Source: Octopus vulgaris
Lineage: Eukaryota
Length of the DNA: 64,000 nt
Direction of reading: 5' to 3'
NCBI GenBank assembly: GCA_951406725.2
Contig: OX597838.1
Span: forward strand, 248,001 to 312,000
The notes beneath the pieces are model-generated. The model ran no database searches and had not been told where the DNA came from. It saw nothing but the letters and a program-made list of their open reading frames with translations. Shown one piece after another: positions 26,450 to 39,224 of this stretch. Made by a program: the position numbers and the translations under genes. How positions within the stretch are numbered: the stretch's first letter is position 1; each line of letters starts with the position of its first letter.

Positions 26450-26965
26450 TTCAATCTCCAGTTTCCGCATTACCCACCAGATAAGGGATCGGGGAACCCT
26501 GCCAAAGGCTTTCTCCAAGTCCACAAAAGCTAAGTATAGGGGTTTATCTTTAGCTAGGTATTTCTCCTGCAGTTGTCGAACCAGGAATATGGCATCAGTG
26601 GTGCTTCTACCCGGAACAAATCCGAACTGCATCTCATCTAAGCAGACTCTCTCCCTAATGAGATGGGCTATGACCCTCTCCGTGACCTTCATCACCTGAT
26701 CCAACAGTTTGATACCCCTGTAGTTATTTCTATCTAGAGCATCACCTTTACCCTTGTAGCAGTTGACTATGGTGCTGCTATGCCAGCCATTGGGTATGAC
26801 TCCATTATGTACTACCTGGTTTATAATGTGGGTGTCTAGGCCATAGCCCACACCACCAGATGCTTTAAGCATCTCAGTAGTGATTCCTGGTGAGCCAGGG
26901 GCTTTTCCTGGCTTCATATCCTTAATTGCTTTATCTACTAGGGAGCTGGTCCCTCTACTGGGTCA
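26450..26965 (-). mobile_element. RTE-clade LINE RT fragment (same family as 51800-54875)
   Basis: MKPGKAPGSPGIT...YKGKGDALDRNNYRGIKLL...[15 protein letters not shown]...FVDLEKAF. Confidence 0.95.
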
Positions 26966-27046
26966 TATATATATATATATCCTCTAGATAGATAGATAGA
27001 TAGATGTGTCACAGTCCTGCTTTCCTTGTTGGATTCTATGAAGATT

Positions 27047-27623
27047 AAATGTTACACGAGGTTACACATCATATGTTTTGTAAACTTTTGATAATGTTGG
27101 CGACTTTTGCCAGTTTGTTTAATGAGCTGATGAAAGTCACAAAAATATTGTTTATAAACAACTGGAATTGTTCAACTTTCAGCCGAAAACATTGCCGAAG
27201 ATTAGCCAATAACATGACCAAAGTGGAAGACAGTCACGTTCTCTCTCAATTCCATTACCAAAAATTGTCAGAATGAATTGTATTTGGAGAATAATTATGG
27301 AAGCCTTATACTGTCCTCCACTCTATTGACATATAATCAAAAGCATTCTTGCTGTAACTTTCTCGCCATTTTCTATGTCAAGAAGTGGGTGATGTAGCAT
27401 TTGAATTCAGGGTGATTTGAGAATTATTTCTGGCAGGTGTCACTGGTGTTAGTGTGTTAGTCTAAGGTGTGTGACATACCCACCACTAAAGACCCAGAGA
27501 AATTTCTTTTGATAAACTTCAACAGGGGATCCCTCCTCCTCTGATCACAGAATGTTTGCCTTGTTCTTGATACCAACTGACTCATGAAGTGTTGCTTTAA
27601 CATCTCTACCTCGTGTAACATTT
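27047..27623. mobile_element. Possible MITE-like element bounded by a perfect 16-bp inverted repeat
   Basis: AAATGTTACACGAGGT at 27047-27062 and its reverse complement at 27608-27623. No TSD is visible. Confidence 0.4.
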
Positions 27624-28369
27624 CACGCTTTTATCACACAACAAATAATGAATACAAATACCTGTGTGTGTGTCTGTGTGTATGTATCTGTGTGTGTGTA
27701 TGTGTGTGTCTGTGTGTGTGTGTGCCTGTGTGTGTGTGTGTCTGTGTGTGTGTGTGTGCCTCTGTGTGTGTGTGTGTCTGTGCCTGTGTGTGTGTGTGTG
27801 TGTGTGTGTGGCCGTCTATGTATCAGTGGAGCATACATATTGTATACACCCTATTAGTAGGCCAGTTATTGAGGTATTTATCCTGAGATACCGTCTCTTA
27901 TGAACTTGCTATGTTAAAAACAATAAACATCAGAGGGAGACAAAAATTTGTCCCATCAGCGCCCAGTGAAAACACCGGAAGCATATCGGCCATTTCAAGC
28001 CTTTTTAATGGTGCATATTCACAGCCAGCCACACTCTGATATAAGGAAAAGTGAATAAAATATTCGCATTTGTTGCAAAGAGCCACCTGGCAGATGAAAA
28101 ATCCGCTGTACGCAGCTGAAGCAGTACTAAATTAAAGTTGCAGTCTATATACATTATTTACTGTATTTCGAACACAGCAAGTCCATTAGAGATGTTATCC
28201 CGGGATAAATACTGCAGTGACTGGCCTATCGACAGTATATATACATTATGTATGATACATAGATTGCTACTTTAATTTAATATTGCTGCAATTACGTATC
28301 TTGATTTTTTTATACATACATATACATGTATATACATGCAAATGTGTGTGTATGCATGCACGCAAGCAT

Positions 28370-30884
28370 GTATGTATGTATGTATGTATGTATGTATATA
28401 TGTATGTATGTATAAATGTATGTATATATGTATGTATAAATGTATGTATATATGTATGTATGTATGTATATATGTATATATGTATGTATATATGTATGTA
28501 TGTATGTATATATGTATGTATATATGTATGTATATATGTATGTATATATGTATGTATATATGTATGTATGTATGTATATATGTATGTATATATGTATGTA
28601 TGTATGTATGTATATATGTATATATGTATGTATATATGTATGTATGTATGTATATATGTATGTATATATGTATGTATATATGTATGTATATATGTATGTA
28701 TATATGTATGTATGTATGTATATATGTATGTATATATGTATGTATGTATATATGTATGTATATATGTATGTATATATGTATGTATATATGTATGTATGTA
28801 TGTATGTATATATGTATGTATATATGTATGTATGTATGTATGTAAGTATATATGTATGTATATATGTATGTATGTATGTATATATGTATGTATATAAATC
28901 CTTAAATCCTTAAATCCTTAAAAATGTTTTAGCCCGAAGGCTGCGGCCATGCTGGGGCACCACCGCTGAATGAGCTACACTAGTTTGGGTATCCACCTCT
29001 GATACGTGGCACTTGATCAACAAGGGAGTTCGATGCTGCTGCCCGTATCCGTGTCTCCAGTCGTGAGGTAGGTTCATCTGGGACTCCCAACAAGAAGAGA
29101 TCCAGTTTAGTTTTAAAGAAACCCACATCCACACCATGTAAGTCTCTCAGGCATTTAGGGAGGATGTTAAAGAGCTGTGTTCCTCTGGAACCCAAGCTGT
29201 TGCAGTATCTGGACCTGTATTTTGATGGTGATGTTGGAATCCTTGGTACCACGCAGCGGCGCCCCGTTCTGCGGTTGGAGTAACTTTGAATGCCAAAGTT
29301 TGGGACAAGACCCTCCAGGATTTTCCAGATGTATATCACTGCATATCTCTCCCGCCTCCGCTCCAGGGAGAAGAGGTTTAATACCTTCAGTCTTTCCCAG
29401 TAGCTGACATTTTGCATTGAGACGATTTTCTTTGTGTAGCTTCTCTGAATTGCTTCGAGTTCTGCTGTTTGTTTTATATTGTGTGGTGACCAAAGTTGGG
29501 AGCAGTAGTCCAAGCGGCTGAGGACGAATGTTTTCCATAGGACCATCAGTGTCTGAAAGTTATGTATGTATGTATATATGTATGTATATATCTATGTATA
29601 TATGTATGTATGTATATATGTATGTATATATCTATGTATGTATGTTTGAATGTATGTATATATGTATGTATATATGTATGTATGTATGTATATATATGTA
29701 TGTATGTATGTATATATGTATGTATGTATGTATGTATATATGTATGTATATATGTATGTATGTATGTATATATGTATGTATATATGTATGTATGTATATA
29801 TGTATGTATATATCTATGTATATATGTATGTATGTATATATGTATGTATATATCTATGTATGTATGTTTGAATGTATGTATATATCTATGTATATATGTA
29901 TGTATGTATATATGTATGTATGTATATATGTATATATGTATGTATGTATATATGTATGTATATATGTATGTATGTATGTATATATGTATGTATGTATATA
30001 TGTATGTATATATGTATGTATATATCTATGTATATATGTATGTATGTATATATGTATGTATATATGTATGTATATATGTATGTATGTATGTATGTATATA
30101 TGTATGTATATATGTATGTATGTATATATGTATGTATATATGTATGTATGTATGTATATATGTATGTATGTATGTATGTATATATGTATGTATATATGTA
30201 TGTATGTATGTATGTAAGTATATATGTATGTATATATGTATGTATGTATGTATATATGTATGTATATATGTATGTATGTATATATGTATGTATATATCTA
30301 TGTATATATGTATGTATGTATATATGTATGTATATATCTATGTATGTATGTTTGAATGTATGTATATATGTATGTATATATGTATGTATGTATATATATG
30401 TATGTATGTATATATGTATGTATGTATGTATGTATATATGTATGTATATATGTATGTATGTATGTATATATGTATGTATATATGTATGTATGTATGTATG
30501 TATATATGTATGTATATATGTATGTATGTATATATGTATGTATATATGTATGTATATATCTATGTATATATGTATGTATGTATATATGTATGTATATATC
30601 TATGTATGTATGTTTGAATGTATGTATATATGTATGTATATATGTATGTATGTATATATGTATATATGTATGTATGTATATATGTATGTATATATGTATG
30701 TATGCATGTATATATGTATGTATGTATATATGTATGTATATATGTATGTATATATCTATGTATATATGTATGTATGTATATATGTATGTATATATCTATG
30801 TATGTATGTATGAATGTATGTATATATGTATGTATATATGTATGTATGTATATATGTATGTATATATGTATGTATATATCTTTG

Positions 30885-30915
<31 letters not shown>

Positions 30916-31228
30916 ATATGTATGTATATATCTATGTATGTATGTATGAATGTATGTATATATGTATGTATATATATATGTATGTATGTATATATGTATG
31001 TATATATCTATGTATATATGTATGTATGTATATATGTATGTATATATGTATGTATGTATGAATGTATGTATATATGTATGTATATATGTATGTATGTATA
31101 TATGTATATATGTATATATGTATATATCTATGTATATATGTATGTATGTATGTATATATCTATGTATGTATGTATGAATATATGTATATATGTATGTAAA
31201 TATGTATGTATGTATATATGTATGTATG

Positions 31229-31259
<31 letters not shown>

Positions 31260-31334
31260 ATATGTATGTATATGTATATATGTATGTATGTATATATCTA
31301 TGGATATATGTATGTATGTATGTATATATGTATG

Positions 31335-31365
<31 letters not shown>

Positions 31366-31552
31366 ATATGTATGTATGTATGTATATATGTATGTATATA
31401 TGTATATATGTATGTATGTATATATGTATGTATATATGTATATATGTATGTATGTATATATGTATGTATGTATGTATGTATGTCTGTATGTATATATGTA
31501 TGTATGTATGTATATATGTATATGTATATATGTATGTATGTATATATCTATG

Positions 31553-31586
<34 letters not shown>

Positions 31587-31600
31587 TGTATATATCTATG

Positions 31601-31634
<34 letters not shown>

Positions 31635-31650
31635 TGTATGTACGCATGTA
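28370..31650. repeat. Large compound (TATG)/(TA)n microsatellite, split by a LINE insertion at 28896-29560
   Basis: Directly visible, with recurring higher-order markers such as TATCTATGTATGTATGTTTGAATG. Confidence 0.98.
28896..29560 (-). mobile_element. 5'-truncated CR1-like LINE 3' end
   Basis: Open frame KTFVLSRLDYCSQLWSP...LEAIQR..TK...SYWERLK.LNLFSLERRRER...FKTKLD, followed by a 3' UTR ending in three tandem 8-bp TAAATCCT repeats. Confidence 0.9.
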
Positions 31651-31899
31651 TGTATATACTGTAGTGACCGTCAGATCATCTCGAGCACTACCACTGTTTC
31701 GTCGTTTGAAAGACCTCCGTCAGATATGGCTCGTTTCTCTATCGTATGCTTTTCAGTGGTTTCCATGTCATGACTGCTCTAAATTGTTTGTGGCAAACGT
31801 GGCACATACATTTATCAAGAATTTCACCAATGACAGCTCCGCCCTTGTGCATTCGCCCAGAATGGATTTTTCTGTGTGTCAATAGATGAACATACATTT

Positions 31900-32850
31900 A
31901 AACATAAAACGTAGCAATACTTGGGTGGAGCTGATGGCATTCTCTGCACATGACGTGTTAACCTCTTCCTTGCAAATAAAATTTTGTGAGAGACAAAACC
32001 GGTTTTTGAAAGTAATGCAACCACAGGCTCTGCCGGTGAAATCTTTTCTGAACTCTCTAATATGCAGAAGGGCTTGAGCATGTTTGATTTCATTCGATAG
32101 TGAAGCAATATCATCGACAAACTCCAGATCAGTGTCACAAAACCAACTTCGTTGAACTTCTTTGGTGTACACTAAGTAAACTGGAGACCATCTCTGAGAA
32201 AGACGAAGGAAGCCAACGTATCACCTTGGCGAACCCCCACTGCTCAAATCAAATATTTCAATTTCCTTGTCTAGTGTGATCATTCGTCCCATATTTAGAC
32301 GCATATACCCTCAATGGCTCGAAGAGTATCAAGATGAATTTTGTATGGCAACAAGATCTTCATCTTAATAATTTTATCCCAATGAATTGAACCAAATGTT
32401 TTTTTCTTGTTTTTAAGTTGATAAATACCAAAACAGCTCTAAATTATCTTTATTTACTTCGTCTGCTATTCTCTAAGAGCAAGGGTCTGTATGACATTTT
32501 CTGCTTTTCCTTGAACCCGTTCTAGTTCTATCTCAGCTTGGTGTCAATAGGTGCTCTTATTTGGTCAAGGGTCATCCAGATGTGGAGCTTTATGAGATAC
32601 AGTCAAATTGATTCCACTGCAGTTGTCAATCTTGAAAGCAGAATGAATTTAGGAACAGAATATGATCAAATGGGACCATTGTTGTGGCTTGTCATCCTAT
32701 ATATATTTATTAAGATGTCATCCAGGTCACAGTTCTTCAGCCCCTCAGATAGAATACCATGAGATTCGGTAGCTTTTTCTTTTCACGAAGAACTCTTGAG
32801 CGTCCTCAACTCAGCCACGGGGCATACATTGTCATCAACGTCACTGTTCA
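31900..32850 (-). mobile_element. Old RTE-like LINE RT remnant
   Basis: DLEFVDDIASLSN and GVRQGDTLASF-like motifs, with many stops. Confidence 0.75.
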
Positions 32851-33321
32851 AAGATCACTGACGACTTTTCCATCCTCCTACAATTAGAGAGTTTCACTGT
32901 AAAGTCCTGAAGTGTAAGTCTTTAGAGTCTAAACAAGAATATAGGTCTGGGACTTGGACTGATAAGTAGGAGTCAGCAACTAATTACTGAGCCTCTCATC
33001 CTTTCAGGGGCAACAAATTAAGTACTAAAGTCAATGTAATCGACTTACCCCGTCCTCAAAATTACTGGACCTTTGCCAAAATTTGAAACCAGTATTAAAA
33101 CATATACATGTAAGACGATGAGTTGGGAGAACCGATCACACGCCAAGCAAAATAATTAGTGCCATTTTGCCCATCTGTACCTTTTGAGTTCATTTACCAC
33201 CGGCATTGACACTTGGCTTCATCGATCCGGGGTCGATAAAATAAGTACCATTTCAACATTGGGGGTCGATGTATTGACTTTTCCCACTCCTAAAAATTGC
33301 TGGTCTTGTACCAAAATTTGG

Positions 33322-33732
33322 GGATCATTTCGGTTTGAACGGCAGTTTTTAAAAATAATTTCCATGTAACTAAATACTTTTAAACTTCGTATACTGGTAG
33401 AACGTATTTATAAAACATCTTTTTCTCTTGGCTTTATTGAGAAAATTCTATAGTTTGTAAGATATTTGTTGTTTTTTTCTTCAATTTCTGCAATTTCGAT
33501 CAATCAATGACGTCTATTGAGGTGAAAAACATTCTGTGCCGTATGAATATGTCCCTCGTTTAAGAAACAGATTGGGTTTATTTACATTTGTGAAGAAAAA
33601 AAGATACCCTTCCCCCTACCCCTAACCCTAAAACAGATTGAAATGCAATAGATCGATACTAGGGTCATAATTATGGGTGACAATTTCATATGACACCGCT
33701 AGAAAAAACTGCCGCTCAAACCGAAAAGATCC
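33322..33732. mobile_element. MITE with 29-bp TIRs and an 8-bp TSD, inserted in a SINE
   Basis: TIR GGATCATTTCGGTTTGAACGGCAGTTTTT versus its near-exact reverse complement. TSD AAATTTGG at 33314-33321 and 33733-33740. Confidence 0.85.
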
Positions 33733-34267
33733 AAATTTGGAAACAATATTAACACACGCGCACGCACACAGACACGTGTGTACGTGCTCGTAACCCCCCC
33801 CCCTGCTCTCCTTCAAAGCAGGTAACTAGACGTCTCACCGCAGTTATCTCCCTTGCAATGCTTCACAAAATTTCTTTTGTTTCTTCATTCGTCACGTTTT
33901 CTGCCGGTAATTAACAGTTTCTTCTGGTAATTAACTGCTTCTTTTAGCAACTAATCGAACATTTTATTCTCTAACCACAACCTGAATTATGATTTATTTC
34001 TCATATTTCGCAAGAAAACTCGCTGTTTTATCTTCCTTCAATAACAATTGAAGTTTGTTTTCCCTCGTGGGTCACAGGTGCCCTTTCCACTTGTTTTAAA
34101 TGTCCTTTCGCTTTTGTAACCTTTTCTCGTATTCTATATCGTTTATCAATACTACATTCGAGCGCTTAAAATTGTACAAATGCACATTTTATTTATATAT
34201 ATATATATATATATATAATAACAAAATAATAAATAAACCATATGCATACATATATGTACGTACCTAC

Positions 34268-34303
<36 letters not shown>

Positions 34304-34410
34304 GCATATATGGGTACAGGACACCAAAAAAACGTCGAACACAATGAGAAACGAAAACATAAAAACAAAACCAAGGAAACGGACATTTTTTTAAACAACG
34401 AAAAAAAACA

Positions 34411-34552
34411 GAGTAATATTTATACTTTATTTAAAAGCAGCAGAAATTTAACAACAGCTGTTAAAGTTTCATTCTCTCGTTCGTCGGGAACGTGAAACTC
34501 TGAGTAACAGCTTTTGTTATTTTTCTGCTGCTTTTAAATAAAGCATATTACT
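34411..34552. repeat. Fold-back inverted repeat whose loop contains a split hammerhead-like core
   Basis: Arms GAGTAATAT..CTTTATTTAAAAGCAGCAGAAA..TAACAACAGCTGTTA and its near complement. The centre reads CGT-GAAAC-TCTGA-GTA-ACAG on the plus strand and CCGACGA-ACG..GAAAC on the minus strand. Confidence 0.75.
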
Positions 34553-34613
34553 CTACCTCTGGTATTTGAGTACTCTTTTTTCCACCTTGTTTCACATTTA
34601 TGTGCTTACTCCA

Positions 34614-34649
<36 letters not shown>

Positions 34650-35584
34650 GTTACAGTTTACATCCCAAAGACAAAGTGGGAGAGCTCAACAGCTGGTGTT
34701 GTGTGTATAATTCATTTAAACTCTGAACGTTCACGGCTTTTGCCACTGTGATCTGTCCACGTATATGTGGATAGAAACTTTATCGCTTCAACGAATTCTG
34801 GAGAGACAGACAGGCAGAATCAAGGACCCTTGTATTTGAATTCTATGCAAATATTCTTTTAAAAAAAAACTTTTCATTTAATTTTTCCAAAATTTCTCTC
34901 CCATGTTTACAGTTGAAGAAGTCTCAATGACTGAAGCCGATACTGAAATGTTTTTTATAAAATTATTTTAGCATTTTCTACCTTGACTATATAGTGTGTG
35001 TGTGTCTCTATCAGCAATGCTTTGTTGCGTGAGAAAGAAAATCGATAGAATCCGGCATTTATTTGTCACTGCCACGGCGACTGGCCACGTAAGCCGTTCA
35101 CCACATCAATTGTTGTTGCTGTTTGTCCCAGATTCGCCTAACTGCGCACAATGTAATCAAGGCATTCTAGTTATAACCATTGTATTTTCCACTACATTAT
35201 CCACCTTTCTGACGGTTTTAGATTTACTGCTATTTCTATAAGACAGAAACCGTTCAGTCTTCAGTTACGTAACATCGTGGCATAGTTTTCTTCAGTTTTA
35301 AATTATATCTGAACCTCAAAGAAATTCACCAAAAACTGGATCCAGACTCTCATTCCTTTAAACTTTCTTTTCTCTGTTATTACTACCTCTAGGTTATTAA
35401 CGATAATCTACATTACTCTCTCTCTCTCACATCACCACAACTCATCATTTTGTTTCCATATCTTCCATCTTTCCTCCTCTCTTTAGGGAATTTTTTTTTT
35501 TTATTAATTATTGATCTTCCATGCATTATAAATTTGAAGGTGATTTTTTTGCATATGTACACCGGAGTTGAAAAATTCTTTTCT

Positions 35585-36175
35585 ACTCTAGGCACAAGGC
35601 CCGAAATTTTTTGGGAGGGAGTCAGTCGATGAGATCGACCCCAGTACGCAACTGGTACTCAATTTATCGACCTCGAAAGGATTGAAGGCATAGTCGACCT
35701 CAGCAGAATTTGAACTCAGAACGTAAAGACAGATGAAATATCTATTTCTTTACAACCCACAAGGGGCTAAACACAGAGAGGACAAACAAGGACAGACAAA
35801 CGGATTAAGTCGATTATATCGACCCCAGTGCATAACTGGTACTTATTTAATCGACCCCAAAAAGGATGAAAGGCAAAGTCAACCTCGACGGAATTTGAAC
35901 TCAGAACATAAAGACAGATGAAATATCGCTCAGCATTTCTCCTGGCATGCCAACAATTCTTATTTCTTTATTGCCCACAAGGGGCTAAACATAGAGGGGA
36001 CAAACAAGGACAGACAAAGGGATTAAGTCGATTACATCAACCCCAGTGTGTAACTGGTACTTAATTTATTGACCCCGAAAGGATTAAAGGCAAGTCAACC
36101 TCGGTGGAATTTGAACTCGGAATGTAAAGACAGATGAAATACTGCAAAGCATTTTGCCTGGCAGCTTGCCACCTT
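35585..36175 (-). mobile_element. Tandem/nested cluster of three tRNA-derived SINE copies
   Basis: Three repeats of ATCGACCCCAGT..AACTGGTACT..ATCGACCCCGAAAGGAT..AGGCAAAGTCGACCTCGGCGGAATTTGAACTC, the last part being a B-box (GAGTTCAAATTCC) on the minus strand. Related copies lie near 33100-33320, 9240-9350 and 47330-47510. Confidence 0.8.
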
Positions 36176-36179
36176 ACTG

Positions 36180-36830
36180 GGTATCATGATTGCTACTTAT
36201 ATTCTTTGCTCGATGTTTTAGGCACTGAGCAATCCCACTGTTCACACTGTATGGATGGTGGGAGTTGAAGTTGAGGTATCATCCAATGAAGGTCAGCTTG
36301 TGGTATACGGATGTCCTGAATCCATATTTGGTGCTTGTTATTAACATGTCCAGGAATGCTAGCTGATTATCTTTTTCCTTTTCCATTGAGAACTGTATGG
36401 GATGGCTTTATTGAGTTCACATGATCTAACTGCACTTGGACATCTTCCTGGTGGGGCCAGAGTATAAAGGTGTCATCAACATATCGCAGCAATGGGGTTG
36501 GTTTTAGTGGTGTTGATTCGAAAGCCAAAGTCTCAAAGTATTCCATGTATATATTGGCTATTATCGGTGATAATGGCGAACCCATAGCTAAACTCTCTTC
36601 TAGTCGATATATATCAGTGTCCATAAGTAGGTAGTTTCTACACAGAAGGTCAACATTTCCATCCAGTTCCTTATTGGTATACTAGTGCGTTCTTTTAGCT
36701 GGATGTCTGATAGTGTTTCACCAGTTGGGATTTTAGTGAACAGACTTATCACATCTAGACTCATCGTCTGGTTGGATTCAATGGGGGTACCCTTGATCAG
36801 TTCTGTGAAGGGGGTGGATGAAGTTACACA
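36180..36830 (-). mobile_element. Penelope-like element reverse transcriptase fragment
   Basis: SLDVISLFTKIP, LAMGSPLSPIIANIYMEYFE, RYVDDTF, ..MEKEKDNQLAFLD and YLNFNSHHP are diagnostic PLE RT motifs; frameshifted. Confidence 0.93.
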
Positions 36831-38890
36831 GTACCAGGTGGGAAGATATATTAGCAGTAATGAGAGCTTTTGGTGCATTTTTGGATTCCCAATCCACGAA
36901 AGATACGCAGCTATTCAACAATTCCCTGTGCATTTAGAAAATGGTCAGAGGATATACTTTACTGTTGAGACGGCTGCAAACCAAGTTTTGAATCCAAAAG
37001 AAACAACATTAACAGCATTTTTCAAATTTTGTCTGCAAGATATTTTTGCCAAAACGCTTCTTTACAATGAAGTTCCTTCCTAACATACGTGGAGTAATAA
37101 TTGCTGAAAAAGGGTAAAAGAAATTCAGATGTCGAAGGTGATCCTGGGATGAAGTTTTACACAATAATTGGTAGAGTATACACAATACATCCTAACCAAT
37201 ATGAATGGTTTTTGCTCAGAATGCTTCTTCGTGAGGAAAGAGGACCTACTTCATTTAGAAGTTTGAAAGAAATAGAAAGTGAGGTTTGCCAAACATTTCA
37301 AGAAACTTGTTTTAAGTTTACTGGAAAATGTGCAGCAGAAGCCGCTCCCTCTCAAGAACACCAAAGAGTTTAAAATGTCTTTTTGTGATTATTCTCAAAG
37401 TTTGTCAAGTAAGCAATCCTCCAGAACTTTGGAATAAGTTCAGAAATGATTCTTGCTGAGGATTTTAAACACCAAGCGCAACTAAGGAATCCTGACTGTG
37501 AAATTAATTTCACCAATGCTAAATACAATGAAGCTTTAATTGAAAAAGACGATCAAATTGTTTCAATGAGAAATGAGCCTATTGAAAATTTAGGTCTTCC
37601 ACATACAAAAAGGGGTCACTCAGTAGATTGTCCAATGAAGTGATGAGGGAAACTTTGTATGATTTGATGGAATTGGCAACATAAATGAAAATCTTCCCAA
37701 GTTTTTACCAGATCAGCATCATGCCTACTCTACTCTCATAAACAGCATTAACAATTCTAGAGGAGGGCTTTATTTTCTAGATGCTCCAGGTGGTTCATTC
37801 ACAGCTACATTTCTTCTGGCTGAAGTCCGTCAACAGAATAGAAAAGCTTTAGTGACTGCTTCTTCTGAGATTGCTGCAACATTACTACAAGGAGGTCAAA
37901 CTGCCCATTCAACGTTCCAGTTGCCTTCAAATTTAAGCAGCAACGAAGATCCAGTTTGTAATATATCTAAAAATTATGGAATGGACGAACTGATAAAGAA
38001 ATGTGATTTAATTGTTTGGGATGAATGTACCTTGGCCCACACGAGAGCCCTCCAAGCTGTTGATAGAACCTTACGAGACATTAGAAACAATAATTCACAG
38101 ATGGGAAAAGCCACAGTACTATTGACAGGAGATTTCTGCCAGACCCTCCCAGTTGTTCCTGAAGCAACAAAAATGGATGAGGTAAATGCATCCATAAAGT
38201 CCTCAGCATTGTGGCACCACATGCAAACATTCCATCTTTCAACTAATATGAGGGCACAGCTTTCGGGAGACCGATCAGTTGAAGAATTTGCAGAGATACT
38301 TTTAAGACTCGGTGAAGGGAGAACAGTCACTGATGAAGATGAGTATCTTGAACTTGATACGATCTGTAATTTGATTGATTCGGTAGAGGATTTAGTATCT
38401 AAGGTCTTCCCAGATCTTCTGTCTTACTACCAGAATGCAGATTGGATATGTGAACCAGCTATAATGGTCCCCCAAAATGCTACAATAAAAAGCATTAACC
38501 CCAAACTCTTGAATGCCTTTCCAGGAGAAATGGTAACTTATAATTCGATTGTTACAGTTATTGATGAAGAGGAGATTGTTAATTATCCAGTCCGAGTTTT
38601 TGAACTCACTGGAACCACCAGGAACACCTCATTGTCTTCAGCTGAGAAAAGGAGCTCCTATCATGTTTCTATGTAATTTGTCTCAACCAAAATTATGCAA
38701 TGATACAAGACTTGTTGTTCACAAACGTATGAGAAACTGCATTGAGGCTACTATTCTCACTGGATGTGGTAAAGGTGAAACTACCGTCATTCCTCGAATA
38801 CCTGTTATGCCACCTAATATGCCCTTCCAGTTTAAGAGTTTACAGTTTCCTGTCCAACTTTGCTTTGCTATGACCATTAATAAGTCAAGG
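36830..38890 (+). mobile_element. Helitron Rep/helicase (PIF1) pseudogene
   Basis: GRYISSNE..W.IFGF.IHER...[79 protein letters not shown]; multiple stops and frameshifts. Confidence 0.95.
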
Positions 38891-39215
38891 CTTTCTCTAT
38901 GCCAACAAAAGCCAAGTATAGAGGTTTATCTCTGGCTAGGTATTTCTCCTGCAGCTGTCTTACCAGAAATATAGCATCAGTGGTGCTTCTCCCTGGCACA
39001 AAACCAAACTGCATCTCGTCTAAACTAACTTTCTCCCTAATTGGGCTATGACCCTCTCCATGACTTTCATCACCTAGTCCAACAATTTGATACCTCTGTA
39101 ATTATTCCTATTTAATGCATCCCCTTTACCTTTGTAGCAGTTGATTATGGTGCTGCTACACCAGTCATTGGGTATGACTTCTTCATGTATCACCTGGTTA
39201 ACTATACAGGTGATA
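38890..39215 (-). mobile_element. RTE LINE RT fragment
   Basis: Homologous to 52870-53200 ([35 protein letters not shown]). Confidence 0.9.
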
Positions 39216-39224
39216 CATAATCTC

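Noticed and set aside
27125-27190. Box C/D snoRNA or hammerhead at CTGATGAAAG
   Set aside because: No properly placed D box with a terminal stem, and no helix I/III.
28283-31885. Long M/Y/V/C/I-rich ORFs, superficially like Met/Tyr-rich reflectins
   Set aside because: They are pure translations of (TATG)/(TA)n microsatellite, open in several frames, and lack the reflectin MD..MD motif.
37852-38974. Host PIF1 helicase gene
   Set aside because: It is intronless, frameshifted and contiguous with Helitron Rep-region motifs, so it is a transposon relic.
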